A DNA stretch of 63,483 bases, the filler included, from Craspedostauros australis (lineage: Eukaryota), in assembly GCA_030167865.1 (NCBI GenBank). It is 11 parts of 11 records of this genome, joined end to end, with 100 filler letters (N's around TTAATTAATTAA, not from the genome) between each part and the next. Parts side by side here need not be neighbours in the genome. Positions count along the whole stretch, not along the records: positions 18,053 to 36,893 come from JALAGF010003693.1; 10 more parts are not named here. The stretch is one strand, 5' to 3'. Position 1 is the first letter of the stretch. Each line of letters begins with the position of its first letter. The notes beneath the pieces are model-generated. The model had not been told where the DNA came from. It did no database searches and saw only the letters and a program-made list of their open reading frames with translations. Below, piece after piece: positions 23,546 through 33,802 of the stretch. Position numbers and translations under genes: made by a program.

Positions 23546-26350
23546 ATGCAGTCCAACACCACCGCGGCTCCGACAGCATCGATCACGCCTGTGTCACTTG
23601 ATAAGCTCAATTGGGGACCGGTCTTTGATGACGCCGCTTTCTGGGAGAGCGATCTGGGAAAGACGGAACTGAACAAGCGCTTGGCAACGCAGATGGACAT
23701 CAAGGAACAAGCACGGAAGGAGTGGAATGAAACATTCGAGAGACTGTGGCACACCAGAACAATCGCGAAATTCTTGGCGCGGTTGACCGAACGCAACGAA
23801 TACAATTCGACCCTGCGACTGGAGTTCAAGCTTGAGCGTCGCGAAAGCACGGGACAATTCTGGGATGATCCACTCCGGTCTTGGATCTACTGGAAAGCCA
23901 TGGCAGTTCGGGCTTGGTGCTACCTTCGCGGAAAGAATCCAAATAGGCTCCATTCTGATCTTGCCACCATGCTCCGCTATGAGCTGGACAAGAGACGTGG
24001 ATGGCACAGTGCTCTCAACAAAATTCGTTGCAAGGGTGCATCTGGACGCTGCTCATGCTCATACTACGTTGGGACGATCTCGGTGTGGCACAAAGGAGTT
24101 GAATCGCTGATTCCAGATGAAGTCCTCATTGAGAAACGAAAACCATGGAGTGACCAGAATAAGGTGCTACTTTACGATTCCGGAATCGGTACCGGCAAGA
24201 CCATCGAGCTCGCGGCGAGTGCATACTCGAGGGATGCGCCCATTACGTTCCTACTTGATGCCGAAGGTGATATCAAAGAATCGATAAACATCCAGGAACG
24301 TCACTCTCTCGCCCGAAACAAGCTCAAAGCATCTCTGGATGCCTGTGTTGTACAATCGAAGCGGGTTATCAACACCATCTCACAGTCCGTCGCATTCTGG
24401 AACCACGAAACTGACGACAACGAGGATGTCACTGTCATTCTCGGCATTGATAACGCATCGAAGTGTCCAAACCTTGTCCGAGCAATCATCCACCAATACA
24501 GGGTTTTTGGCAATGTCCTTGGAGCATACATCATGAACGAATGCGAGGGTGAGCTCCCCAACGATGAAGTACAGTCCAACCTCAAGGTGGCATTTTCCAT
24601 TGCGGGTGCAGGCGTTCACAACTTTGCTGTAGGATCCATCCCTTATCACTATGAGTGTCGCACGCCAACCGTACTAGCGGCGAAGAAACAACTCTACGGG
24701 CATCTTCTACAGATGTGCCCCGGGAAAGGGAGATGGCCCACCCCCGAATACGATGAGACGGCCGAACACCCTCTTCTCCATTCCATAGCGAACAATCCAA
24801 GGATGCTGTCCATCTTCCTGGATTTGTTATCCCCCAGAGATTACTTCTTCAAGGACAAAAATGATCATGAAAGGATTGTTTGGAGTGTCCTCCATAAATT
24901 CCTGTGTTGCGGCAGCATGAAAGAGCTGCTGCAGGACCCAGAAACACGCATCCAGATGGCGTCGCAGACACTTGCTACTCTCCTCTTCCAGCGCGAGTTC
25001 ACGATGACCGGCACTGCAGATGAGATCGCTCGAGTCGCAACCAGCTTGGAATACGGTATCCAGTTCGCTACATTCGAGAAGAACACGATCCCAATGCACC
25101 GCCTTGTTGAAGACTTTGGTCTGGTGACACCGGTCCCGTTTCCGTCATTGGAGACAGTATGTGGACGAGCGCCACGCCCAAACAAGGAGTACACCATCCG
25201 GGTACCACAACCATTCCAAGTTGACAAGGCAATGGAGCTACTCTGCATCTGGTTGGTGCAACGTGGGAAGACATTGGACCATCCACGTTTCCGCCATGAT
25301 ATGTGGCCAATGGCTTTTGAAGCGTTGGCCCCGCAGCTCATCAGCTGCGCCATCGGAGGAGCCATGACCGTTGCGCAAGAAGACCGGAAGGACGCCAAGT
25401 CGATCTTGATGGACACACTCAACATGTACGTCTCACCTACGTCGATCGACCACGCTGATAGCGAGGGAGAGGAGTTATGGGATGGGCTCAGAGGAGTAAT
25501 CCCGGTGTCGGTGGTTTCCGATCTTGCGATGAAGTGCACATACTTCCACACATGCCCGATGCGATTTTCAAGAGTCAACGAAGACGATAGCGACGGATAT
25601 GACAGTGAAAGCAGCACTGAAGGCGCCCAGCGCCAACCGCCAACAGACTTGATTAGTTCTGGCGAAGCAACAACCTCTGCAAATATGGAGGATCGTCAAG
25701 TCAGAGATGATTCAGATCGAAGGTCAAGAAACGACTTGGTGATCAATAAGGTAGTGGGGGACTCACTTCTCAACCTCAGAGCTGCATGCTCCAACATCCC
25801 AGCTACTTCTTTCTGCCCACCGCTCACCACTGTGATACAAGAGGATGGCGATTTCATCGATGGATCCGTTTCGTTCGTCGGTGGCAAGCGAGATGCGAAT
25901 GGCCAACTCAAGGACCTACAAGTGTACACCATCTGCACCATTGCCAAGAGGTTCTTCTGCGCACGCGATCAAGACCTGCCAGATATATGCGTAAAGAAGC
26001 TGAGAATGACAGACAATGTATTGGACGTACTGTTTGGCAAGAATCGATGGTATTGCGTGATGAGTCGCAAAGAGACATGTCCCGCTGAGCAACCGATCCA
26101 TGGTCCTGATCAACCGCTGTTGGTGTCATTTCCGGTCGATCGTTCGCCCATGCTAAGTGAGTACATGACGATGTTGGATGATACTTGGAATCCGCACGCA
26201 CTCAGAGAAAAACATTGCATTACGACGACACGTGCAGACCTAAAACGTCGGTTGGCTTCGGAAGGTGAAATTGAAGAGGGTAGTGCCGGAAAATCTGGGC
26301 GAGAGCGACGGATCAGAGGGTGTTACACTTCGTGCGAGGACAGCCGTTGA
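23546..26350 (+). CDS. Large uncharacterised P-loop NTPase-like protein (~935 aa), possibly Crinkler/RHS-type
   Basis: Intronless ORF. Walker A-like VLLYDSGIGTGKT and Walker B-like VILGIDNA. First ATG at 23546 (the track starts at a GTG at 23498). Confidence 0.55.
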   Translation: MQSNTTAAPTASITPVSLDKLNWGPVFDDAAFWESDLGKTELNKRLATQMDIKEQARKEWNETFERLWHTRTIAKFLARLTERNEYNSTLRLEFKLERRESTGQFWDDPLRSWIYWKAMAVRAWCYLRGKNPNRLHSDLATMLRYELDKRRGWHSALNKIRCKGASGRCSCSYYVGTISVWHKGVESLIPDEVLIEKRKPWSDQNKVLLYDSGIGTGKTIELAASAYSRDAPITFLLDAEGDIKESINIQERHSLARNKLKASLDACVVQSKRVINTISQSVAFWNHETDDNEDVTVILGIDNASKCPNLVRAIIHQYRVFGNVLGAYIMNECEGELPNDEVQSNLKVAFSIAGAGVHNFAVGSIPYHYECRTPTVLAAKKQLYGHLLQMCPGKGRWPTPEYDETAEHPLLHSIANNPRMLSIFLDLLSPRDYFFKDKNDHERIVWSVLHKFLCCGSMKELLQDPETRIQMASQTLATLLFQREFTMTGTADEIARVATSLEYGIQFATFEKNTIPMHRLVEDFGLVTPVPFPSLETVCGRAPRPNKEYTIRVPQPFQVDKAMELLCIWLVQRGKTLDHPRFRHDMWPMAFEALAPQLISCAIGGAMTVAQEDRKDAKSILMDTLNMYVSPTSIDHADSEGEELWDGLRGVIPVSVVSDLAMKCTYFHTCPMRFSRVNEDDSDGYDSESSTEGAQRQPPTDLISSGEATTSANMEDRQVRDDSDRRSRNDLVINKVVGDSLLNLRAACSNIPATSFCPPLTTVIQEDGDFIDGSVSFVGGKRDANGQLKDLQVYTICTIAKRFFCARDQDLPDICVKKLRMTDNVLDVLFGKNRWYCVMSRKETCPAEQPIHGPDQPLLVSFPVDRSPMLSEYMTMLDDTWNPHALREKHCITTTRADLKRRLASEGEIEEGSAGKSGRERRIRGCYTSCEDSR

Positions 26351-26673
26351 TGATGGGGTGGCGCTGTCGTCAGCATGCATGTTGTGCTAGCATTTGTACG
26401 GCGCAGTGGGAATATCTAAATAGACATCATGATGATCAGTCATCATGCTCATTCTCATTATTTTGACCCTGATTTCACTGAAAAGCCGACTGTTGCAGAC
26501 AGTCCGACACCAACATCCGCCGTTCTCTCCAAACAACGCCACCGCTGCCGCTTCCCGGTGATCCCTTGCCGCAGCGACGATCGATGGCTTTTGCATTCCT
26601 GTACACCTTCATTCTTTCACCCGGTATCCGGTGTCCGTTCTGCATTCTGCAGGTCCTGCTCCCATCTTTCCAC

Positions 26674-27152
26674 CTAACACTTCAAACCAGAGCTCATTCC
26701 ACCATCCACCACCACGTTCGTACCGGTTGTGTAGCTCGACTGCAGTGGGCTCAGGAGGTACGACACAGACTGAACCACCTCGGCGATGCTACCCAGCCGC
26801 TTCATCGGAACGCCGCTGATCTTGTTCCGCGCCACCGTCGCCGCATCATTCGCGAAGTACGAGACGCACAATCAGCATGCAGCTCATTCTGGCGATCCCA
26901 CATGTATCCTGGACCGAGGAGTGCGGGAGAGATGGCATTGACACGGATGCCGTGCGGTGTCAGATCTTTCGATGATGACACGGTCATTGCCAGCACAGCC
27001 GCCTTGGATGATGCGTACGCGATCATTGCTGGCGTTCCTCGCAATCCAGCGACGCTGGCGGTGTTGACGATGGCATAAGAGGATTGTTGGCCTTGTTGGC
27101 CTTGCTGGGCTTGTTGCTTGGTCATCTGTCTGGCGACACGCTGGAGAACCAT
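26674..27152 (-). pseudogene. C-terminal half of a short-chain dehydrogenase/reductase, frameshifted and 5'-truncated
   Basis: IVNTAS, catalytic YASSK and GIRVNAISP in one frame; PMKRLG...TGTNVVVDGG in another. An apparent 1-nt deletion near 26861 joins them. The N-terminal Rossmann half is replaced by an LTR-like repeat starting at 27153. Confidence 0.85.
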
Positions 27153-27990
27153 TGTTGGAAATCTGGGGTGGTGGGGATTGTAGAAAGCTATTCGTTTGTT
27201 AGAATCTACTTCTCTGAACTGTGAGCTCTTCATTGCTCTCAACTTTCAAAGTTCAATCTCCTCCTGAGACCTCCATGGGTCCATCCATTGGTCTAGCATA
27301 CATTCATCTTGCATTCATCTCAAATTCACCATGGACATGCATGCCCTACCGATTTCCCCATGTCTGTGAACTCGTCACGTTGTCTTGCCTCCAATAGTTT
27401 TGTTGGCATAAGCATCACTGAATCACAGGCATCACCTGACTCGTACCGTTCGATCGGATCACAGTCTCCATGTTTCACAGGAACAGCTTGGATACTTTTT
27501 ATTCCTCTGACTTCTCATCAGGGACTTCTCCGATTCTCTCCCATCATTCACCGGTTCTTCATCAGGGACCCGTTCACAAACCGTCTCACATTTCGTGACG
27601 CCGGCCAGTCTCAAATACTCTTTTCTCATTTGTTGTGACATGGGGGGCGTAGTTGAATGTATCATGATGTTGGTCATGAATCCAAAATCCCTGCCCCCTG
27701 CAACATACAATTGTGATTCACATTCCTGCATTGAGGTCAGGAACGTCACGGTCCGGTTTGCATTCGGCACGTGGCGTTCTCCACTGCAAGACGCGTGTAG
27801 CTCACATTTTCTGTGACACAGATCCAAAGTGGGAGGTGCGGCATTATAGGTTTTTACAACAATTGACTCCGTACTCTTGAAGGGTGCGGCAATTAGGTGT
27901 TTTAGAACACCCGATTCCTGACAGTTCTCAGAAATCGTTGATGGCAAATTTCCTCCAGAAATTCTGCTCATTTTTGTGTGTGCGATTTGT
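27153..27990 (+). mobile_element. LTR-like repeat interrupted by the LINE; resumes at about 36514-36630
   Basis: TGTTGGAAATC start and similarity to 12947-13790. Segments on both sides of the LINE (CTCAGAAATCGT..GCAAATTTCCTCCAGAAAT; TACCGTCCA..AGAGAATA..GGGTGAACGATG) are contiguous in the copy at 62529-62730. Confidence 0.7.
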
Positions 27991-28131
27991 TGTTGTATCA
28001 CACTGACTGTAGTTATTTACTATGCGCCGAAGGCGCTTTTGAGCCGCCTCGTTTGTTCTACATGCGTCATGCAGCGGGAACGGACTGGTTCAGCAGGGAT
28101 CACCGTGCTGGATAGTAGTGTTTCATGTATT

Positions 28132-31100
28132 TCATGTATGTGGGTGTTGGAGATGCCGTGGCTGCGGATGAGAGGGACCGATCGGCAGTGCTGCTGCTGG
28201 TAGTGGTGTACGGCTTGATGAGGCGTGGGAACGGCCGAGCGCCACCGTCGGGAGACCTGTGTCGTCGCGGCTTGCCGCTCGGCGTCTCAGCCATTGCATC
28301 TGTACGGGGGGAACTGTGGCTTGGATGTGAGGCATGCTATGCAGCATGGCCAGCAGCCACTCTGCCTTCCTCGGCTCGGACTCTGGAAGGTGCTTGGCCA
28401 ACTGACGAAGGTGCCGGGGAATGGACTGCGTGGGCAGCTCCAGTAAGGCGCGGCAATACGACGCCGTACGCTGGGACATTGTACTTTGCTCGCTTGCCTC
28501 GTGCAGCGCGCGATTGCGGCTTGCCCACTGCTGTAGAGCCATGTGCCATAACTCGTGCGTGACTTCCGCCTGCCAGTACACCCGCCTTGAGCGGCGTCTG
28601 GATGGCTCAGGGTTGGGACTGTGCTGGATCCACTCCGTCGACCACGCGCCCCACAGAAGCCCATCCCAGCCCACTCCGTGCTGTGTACGCTCGATGGAAT
28701 GGGTTGAGGTGCGTCTGATACCTTGGGGAGGAGCGCCGCCTTGTTTCAGCACCTTCAGAGCCGTGACCAAGAGTTGGGCAGCGTCCCGCCGGACCGTGGG
28801 CGGCTGGATGACCTTTCGGATGCGTTGTATGCACGCTTCCCACAGATCTTGGCTGTCCTCGCTCGGGCAGTGCATTACATGCTGGTTCGTCTCGACTCTC
28901 CCACAGCGGGGGCAGGTGTTCCTGTCTGCCTGCCGTCGACGGCACATGTTGCGGCCCGTGGCTGCATTGCCGGACGCAAGCTTGAGAATGGTGCGATGCT
29001 TGCCTCCACTCCAGCGACTCATCACTTTCTGGAGCGGAACCCAATCCACTGGGCACCGATCAACGGAACCCCAGCGGTGTCGCCATTTGTCTCGCAAGTT
29101 CGCCGCTGCCGTTACGTTGGATACGGCGAGATAGCTGGCCTCGGACAAGAAGCGGCCGCCGGCACGCACCGCCCATCCGGCGGACATTGGATTGCCGTGC
29201 ACTGCACCCCACGCCCCAGCTTCCTTGAGCGCCTGCCACTGTGCGCCTGCCTCGTGGTCCGCCACTACGTTCATCGTCTCCCAGTCTGAGATGCTGTGCC
29301 CCAGCATCGAGTCGGCGTGACCTTTGACGTGTCGCACTTCGTAGCTGACCGCAGGCCGCCGCAGGAGCCGTTGGATTTCACTCCGGAGGTCGTAGTCGTT
29401 GTCATCCGCTTGTAGGAGCTCTGCCGGAACACTGGCTCGGACAGCCTGCATGCTGTCACACACGATGACAACGGATCCACGGACACCCGACCACCTGGCG
29501 AACGCGTCCAGGAACTGCATGGTGAGTAGCACCCCTGCTGTTTCGGCACGGTTGGAATCCATCACGCGCGATCCTTCGGGCACCTCAGACCGGACAATGA
29601 TGCCCGCCGAGGGTTGCACCAGCCTGTCTTGGATGATGACTGCCGTGGTCCCTCGTTGGTCCTTAGCTGACGCATCGCAGCACGCCACACACGTCGCCTG
29701 CACAATGGAGGCGGCGATCGCTTGGGCCGATCCGTGTATGCGCACGTGCTGCAACATGCTGGTGGCCAGGCCGCCGAGTTGCGCAATGTGTGCCTGCAGG
29801 GTGCGGGCGTCTTCTTGCGGAACCACCGCCCCCATGGAGTGAACGGACCTCGTTCCGCGATGCTCGCTGACATCCAGCACCGATTGGCCCCGAATGCGCC
29901 GGCACCGAAACTCCAGGCCCCCGAGGCGCTGGGGAGCCGATCCGGGGCGCTGTCGCCAAACGTCGCCGTCGGAGTCCTGCCATGTTGCAGACCTTTGGCG
30001 ACTCTTCCATCGCCCGAGAGGCCTGCGCAGAACCATTCCCGGCCTGTCATCCACAATGACCGTCCGGACCAGGCCATCCCAGGCAGCCCATGCTTGTCGA
30101 GAAGGTGACACCGCCGTGGGCCAGTGATGGGCAGTTGGAAGCCGCTGCGCCTTGCGGTGCTGGGCCACGGCGGGGTGGATGCTGGTGCCTGCCGCGTCAC
30201 ATATGTCGGACATCCAGAACGCCTGGAGATATACCCGCACCGCGTTAGCCTTGCGCAGGTCTTCATCGCCAGCATCCCGATCCAGGAAGGCCGCCATGAT
30301 GGGCACATCCCGCTCCCGCTGAGCCGCAAGCGACGGCGAGCTGTGGTGCAGCACCAGCCTGTTGTTCGTCATCATTTGGAACGTACTTGTCCACCAAGAA
30401 CCTGATGTCCAGCGCTGCCACCGATGTTGTTGCTGCTGAAGCTGCTCGGACAGGCCCGACCATAGCTGGAACTGTAGGAGCGACGCCCGGAGCAGCTTGC
30501 CGGTGGTTGTCGATGCCCCAAAATGCCGCCAGATCATCGCAAGGTGGGCTTTGCATTGCACGGTGTACAGGTGAGGAATAGCCAGCCCGTTGAGCCGACG
30601 CGGGCCGTGGACATAAGGCCTCGCCATAGTGCGGACGATGCCCATGTGGGTTAGAGCCACCATAAGTGCCGGCCGCATGATGCTTTCGCACTGGCTTTGG
30701 GTAAGAGTGGTGGCCGCCAATGAATACTCAAGCGCCGGCCATAGGACTGCCTTGAGGGCAACTTCAGTATCTTGTTTGGAGATACGCGAAGTCCGGATGT
30801 GTGCCGCCCACGCCTCCGCTTTGCCCTGGAGGTATGCCGCATGCTCCTGCTGGCCGCCGTCATGCCGCATCATCATGCCCAGATACTTGCTGGCCTGGTG
30901 CACTGGCATGTGCTGTAACACCTGGGCTTCGCCACTTGCTCCTTGCATGTGGATGTCGTGTGGCCTCCAACTCTTGTCATATTGCCATCTGCAGTTGCTC
31001 CACTTGAATTTGACCAACTGCCAGAAGCTTTTTTCCGGAGCGAGGCAACCACCGGAAGCAGTCAGCATTGCTTCCCATTGAGACACCACTGCCTGGAACT

Positions 31101-31836
31101 CTCTGGACTGGGACGGCACGTCGGAGGATTGCAGCGTATGAACCAAATTGGTATCGTCCACATACGCGAAGCAGACCAACCGTTGTTGGTGTCTGTTCGA
31201 TTCGCCGTATTGGAATCCGTACCCTTTGGCATGCATGCGGTCGATGAGTGCCGAGCTGATCAGCAGCCAACCTGTGGGTGCCACTCCCAGACCTTGGACG
31301 AGCCCTTGGATTGGCTGGGGGAGGAGAGATCCGGAGTAGCTGGCTGCCAAGACACCTGACCCCATGCTGATCTTGTGGCGCATGTGTTGGAGCGTGCGCA
31401 GGACGCTTTCGATAGGATGACGCGGTGTCCCTTGGCGCCGGAGAGCCATCCCGAATGCCGGATGCGATATGCGGTCGTAGCAGCCTTTGGCATCATTGGA
31501 GCACACTGCCGCTTCTCGCCCCGTAAGCCTCATGATGTCATCCGTCAGACACACGTTGACAAGAACCTCTTGTACCGTGTGCGATTGCCTGCTGCCGTAT
31601 TGCTCAGCCGCGATGGTGGCATTGCTCTCTGCGTGACGACAGGCCGTGTGGCCTAGCTGCCTGGTGTTCATGTTGAAGTCGCCTTCCATGAGACCAATAG
31701 TCCTCGTCTTGGTGACACTGCGGTTTCCTGGTTGCTTCCGAAGCTGAACGTCAGTGCACTGCTGCCATCTGAGCAGACTGTAACCCGTGCGGTATGGAAC
31801 GGACCGCATGATGGCATCGATCGCCGCAAGCTGGGG
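28132..31836 (-). CDS. LINE ORF2 C-terminal part: RT, RNase H, CCHC zinc knuckle
   Basis: RT: NDAKGCYDRI, QGLVQGLG, AYVDD, KYLG. RNase H: CDAS...RAETAG...CDS...HVKGHAD...ADHEA. Zinc knuckle: CPRC-x7-H-x3-C. Confidence 0.9.
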   Translation of the reverse strand, partial: PQLAAIDAIMRSVPYRTGYSLLRWQQCTDVQLRKQPGNRSVTKTRTIGLMEGDFNMNTRQLGHTACRHAESNATIAAEQYGSRQSHTVQEVLVNVCLTDDIMRLTGREAAVCSNDAKGCYDRISHPAFGMALRRQGTPRHPIESVLRTLQHMRHKISMGSGVLAASYSGSLLPQPIQGLVQGLGVAPTGWLLISSALIDRMHAKGYGFQYGESNRHQQRLVCFAYVDDTNLVHTLQSSDVPSQSREFQAVVSQWEAMLTASGGCLAPEKSFWQLVKFKWSNCRWQYDKSWRPHDIHMQGASGEAQVLQHMPVHQASKYLGMMMRHDGGQQEHAAYLQGKAEAWAAHIRTSRISKQDTEVALKAVLWPALEYSLAATTLTQSQCESIMRPALMVALTHMGIVRTMARPYVHGPRRLNGLAIPHLYTVQCKAHLAMIWRHFGASTTTGKLLRASLLQFQLWSGLSEQLQQQQHRWQRWTSGSWWTSTFQMMTNNRLVLHHSSPSLAAQRERDVPIMAAFLDRDAGDEDLRKANAVRVYLQAFWMSDICDAAGTSIHPAVAQHRKAQRLPTAHHWPTAVSPSRQAWAAWDGLVRTVIVDDRPGMVLRRPLGRWKSRQRSATWQDSDGDVWRQRPGSAPQRLGGLEFRCRRIRGQSVLDVSEHRGTRSVHSMGAVVPQEDARTLQAHIAQLGGLATSMLQHVRIHGSAQAIAASIVQATCVACCDASAKDQRGTTAVIIQDRLVQPSAGIIVRSEVPEGSRVMDSNRAETAGVLLTMQFLDAFARWSGVRGSVVIVCDSMQAVRASVPAELLQADDNDYDLRSEIQRLLRRPAVSYEVRHVKGHADSMLGHSISDWETMNVVADHEAGAQWQALKEAGAWGAVHGNPMSAGWAVRAGGRFLSEASYLAVSNVTAAANLRDKWRHRWGSVDRCPVDWVPLQKVMSRWSGGKHRTILKLASGNAATGRNMCRRRQADRNTCPRCGRVETNQHVMHCPSEDSQDLWEACIQRIRKVIQPPTVRRDAAQLLVTALKVLKQGGAPPQGIRRTSTHSIERTQHGVGWDGLLWGAWSTEWIQHSPNPEPSRRRSRRVYWQAEVTHELWHMALQQWASRNRALHEASEQSTMSQRTASYCRALLELPTQSIPRHLRQLAKHLPESEPRKAEWLLAMLHSMPHIQATVPPVQMQWLRRRAASRDDTGLPTVALGRSHASSSRTPLPAAALPIGPSHPQPRHLQHPHT

Positions 31837-33802
31837 CTTTCCAGCAGCCAAAATGAATGCCTGATGGACCCGACGACATACGCTCTTTGATCTTGCGCCA
31901 TCCTTCCACATGTTCTTCGGTGGTGATCACCGTGTCTTGCCGGGACCAAGGCGTGGCCTGCGATGGCTGGCGCAGCGCATGGAGCAGCTCTGTCGTTCCC
32001 CACTGTACCTGCGTGGGAATGAGGCCTTGGATGATTGCGTCTGCCGCCGGGGATGTTCCATATTTCCCCACACGGCGGCTGAGACGACTGGTACACAGTT
32101 CAGAGGACCATGCAGCTTGATATTTGGCAATGTTTGTCTCGCAGCACGCTTGGGCCACTTCCTCGGGCTCCGTGAGAACCTGGCCGCCTCCGCCTGGACC
32201 GTCGTGGATCACCATGGTGACTTGTGAGTCGAGTGCCGACCCCGACAACGCATGTCGGATGCGGCAGAACTTCGCCCTGGTCTCCTCGCGCTCGGCCAAC
32301 TGCCGCCTGTACTTCGTCTGGTCGCCTCCACTGTTACTCACATACTCCTCATTGGATTGCAAGAAGTTCACTCGGTGTTCAGCGGCCATGCTCTTTTCCT
32401 TCTTCAGCTGCTTCCACGCCCGGTTGCGTTCTGTTGTCATGGCAGCAACGCTCATGCCTTTCGTGCGAACGTGGCCGAGCTGGGATTGCTTCTTCAGCCT
32501 GTCAATGGTAGAGCGTTTCACCTGGTGGCCTTGTCTGCGCCGGATGGACTCCGTCCAGAATTTGTGGGCCTTCTGGACTTTGGCAACCACCGGCGAATAC
32601 GGCACCCTGCCCATGCGGACTTTCCTGCAGCCCTTTTCGGCCCGTAGCATAGCTTCCGTTCGGTCCTCATCAATGCTTTCAATGGCCGCAATCTGGCTTT
32701 TTGTGAGCGGTCCTCCCGTGATGGATTGCTCTAAGGCCATGGCCCTCTCCAGCAACCGGAGCCGCTTTGCCGCTTTGGCGTATTCTTCAAGATAGCGATT
32801 GACGGTTGCCGGGCTTTGAAGCTGGAGCCTTCGGCCCCGGAATGGTTGGGTAGGCGTTCTGCCCTGTCCCAAGAGTTGAGACGCGAGAAAGTCGGCCCAC
32901 ACCATGCGATGGTCCCAATTGCCAAATGGGGTAGCACCTGATTGCGTGGGCGCTGCCTCTCGCGAAGCCCAGACCCCATCTATCTGGGTGCCAGCCCGAT
33001 TGCGGATGTGGGTTGCCGTCGGTATCGGGTGCTGAGTGGACATCGCCTCCACCAGCCCTTTCTCTGCAAGCATGGAGCCCATCCTTGACGACCGCACATC
33101 CATGTTGATGTCGCCTCCAAGTATGACAGTTTCCCCGGCTTGGCGCCACTGGTGGATCTGTTGCTGCAGTTCTTGTATGTGTAGGCTGATGGGGTCGGTG
33201 TCTATGCCATCTGCCGCCGCATTGGCTGCCAGCTGGTTGTACACCGTACCTGGCGTCTTGACAGACTTATTGGCCACGTACGTCGACACCACCCGGATCT
33301 TGATGCTGCCCTTACCCTGGAGCAGCACGCTGACCCATCGTCCCCAGCCATGCATGTCAATGGAGGAAGACAGCATGCGGCCTCTGATGTTGCCGTGCAT
33401 GAGGATGGCTGTGCCGCCCCACTGGCGCACTCGTGGAGAGTTGAATTTGTTGTGCGACGTGACTGTGCGTGACTGCGGGATGTTCTTCTGTGTCGTTTCA
33501 TGCAGATGCCAGTGTCGTGGCACCTTGCTCCAGTTGATACCCACCTCCGTCAGGAGTGCAATGTCTATCTTGTGCCGCCGAATGGTTTCCCACAGGTCCT
33601 GGTACTTTGGCTCGGATGTGTCGGTGGGAAGCCCTCCGAGGTTGAGGGTTGCGATCCGTACGTGCGCCAACGTGCCTTGCTGTGAGTCGCCACCCACGGG
33701 AGTGAATTGATCGACCACCTCTTCCGTGCCTGGTCGATCCGCGGGGCTGTGCCTGTTGCTCTGCCGGCAGGTCTCTGCTCGGCTTGCCGCGCTTGCTAAC
33801 AT
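31751..33802 (-). CDS. LINE ORF2 N-terminal part: AP-endonuclease domain and linker
   Basis: APE motifs RIATLNLGG, LLTEV, ILGGDINM, IDGVW and WDHRMVW. The frame is lost near 31835 after GIHFGCWKA. Confidence 0.88.
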   Translation of the reverse strand: MLASAASRAETCRQSNRHSPADRPGTEEVVDQFTPVGGDSQQGTLAHVRIATLNLGGLPTDTSEPKYQDLWETIRRHKIDIALLTEVGINWSKVPRHWHLHETTQKNIPQSRTVTSHNKFNSPRVRQWGGTAILMHGNIRGRMLSSSIDMHGWGRWVSVLLQGKGSIKIRVVSTYVANKSVKTPGTVYNQLAANAAADGIDTDPISLHIQELQQQIHQWRQAGETVILGGDINMDVRSSRMGSMLAEKGLVEAMSTQHPIPTATHIRNRAGTQIDGVWASREAAPTQSGATPFGNWDHRMVWADFLASQLLGQGRTPTQPFRGRRLQLQSPATVNRYLEEYAKAAKRLRLLERAMALEQSITGGPLTKSQIAAIESIDEDRTEAMLRAEKGCRKVRMGRVPYSPVVAKVQKAHKFWTESIRRRQGHQVKRSTIDRLKKQSQLGHVRTKGMSVAAMTTERNRAWKQLKKEKSMAAEHRVNFLQSNEEYVSNSGGDQTKYRRQLAEREETRAKFCRIRHALSGSALDSQVTMVIHDGPGGGGQVLTEPEEVAQACCETNIAKYQAAWSSELCTSRLSRRVGKYGTSPAADAIIQGLIPTQVQWGTTELLHALRQPSQATPWSRQDTVITTEEHVEGWRKIKERMSSGPSGIHFGCWKAPACGDRCHHAVRSIPHGLQSAQMAAVH

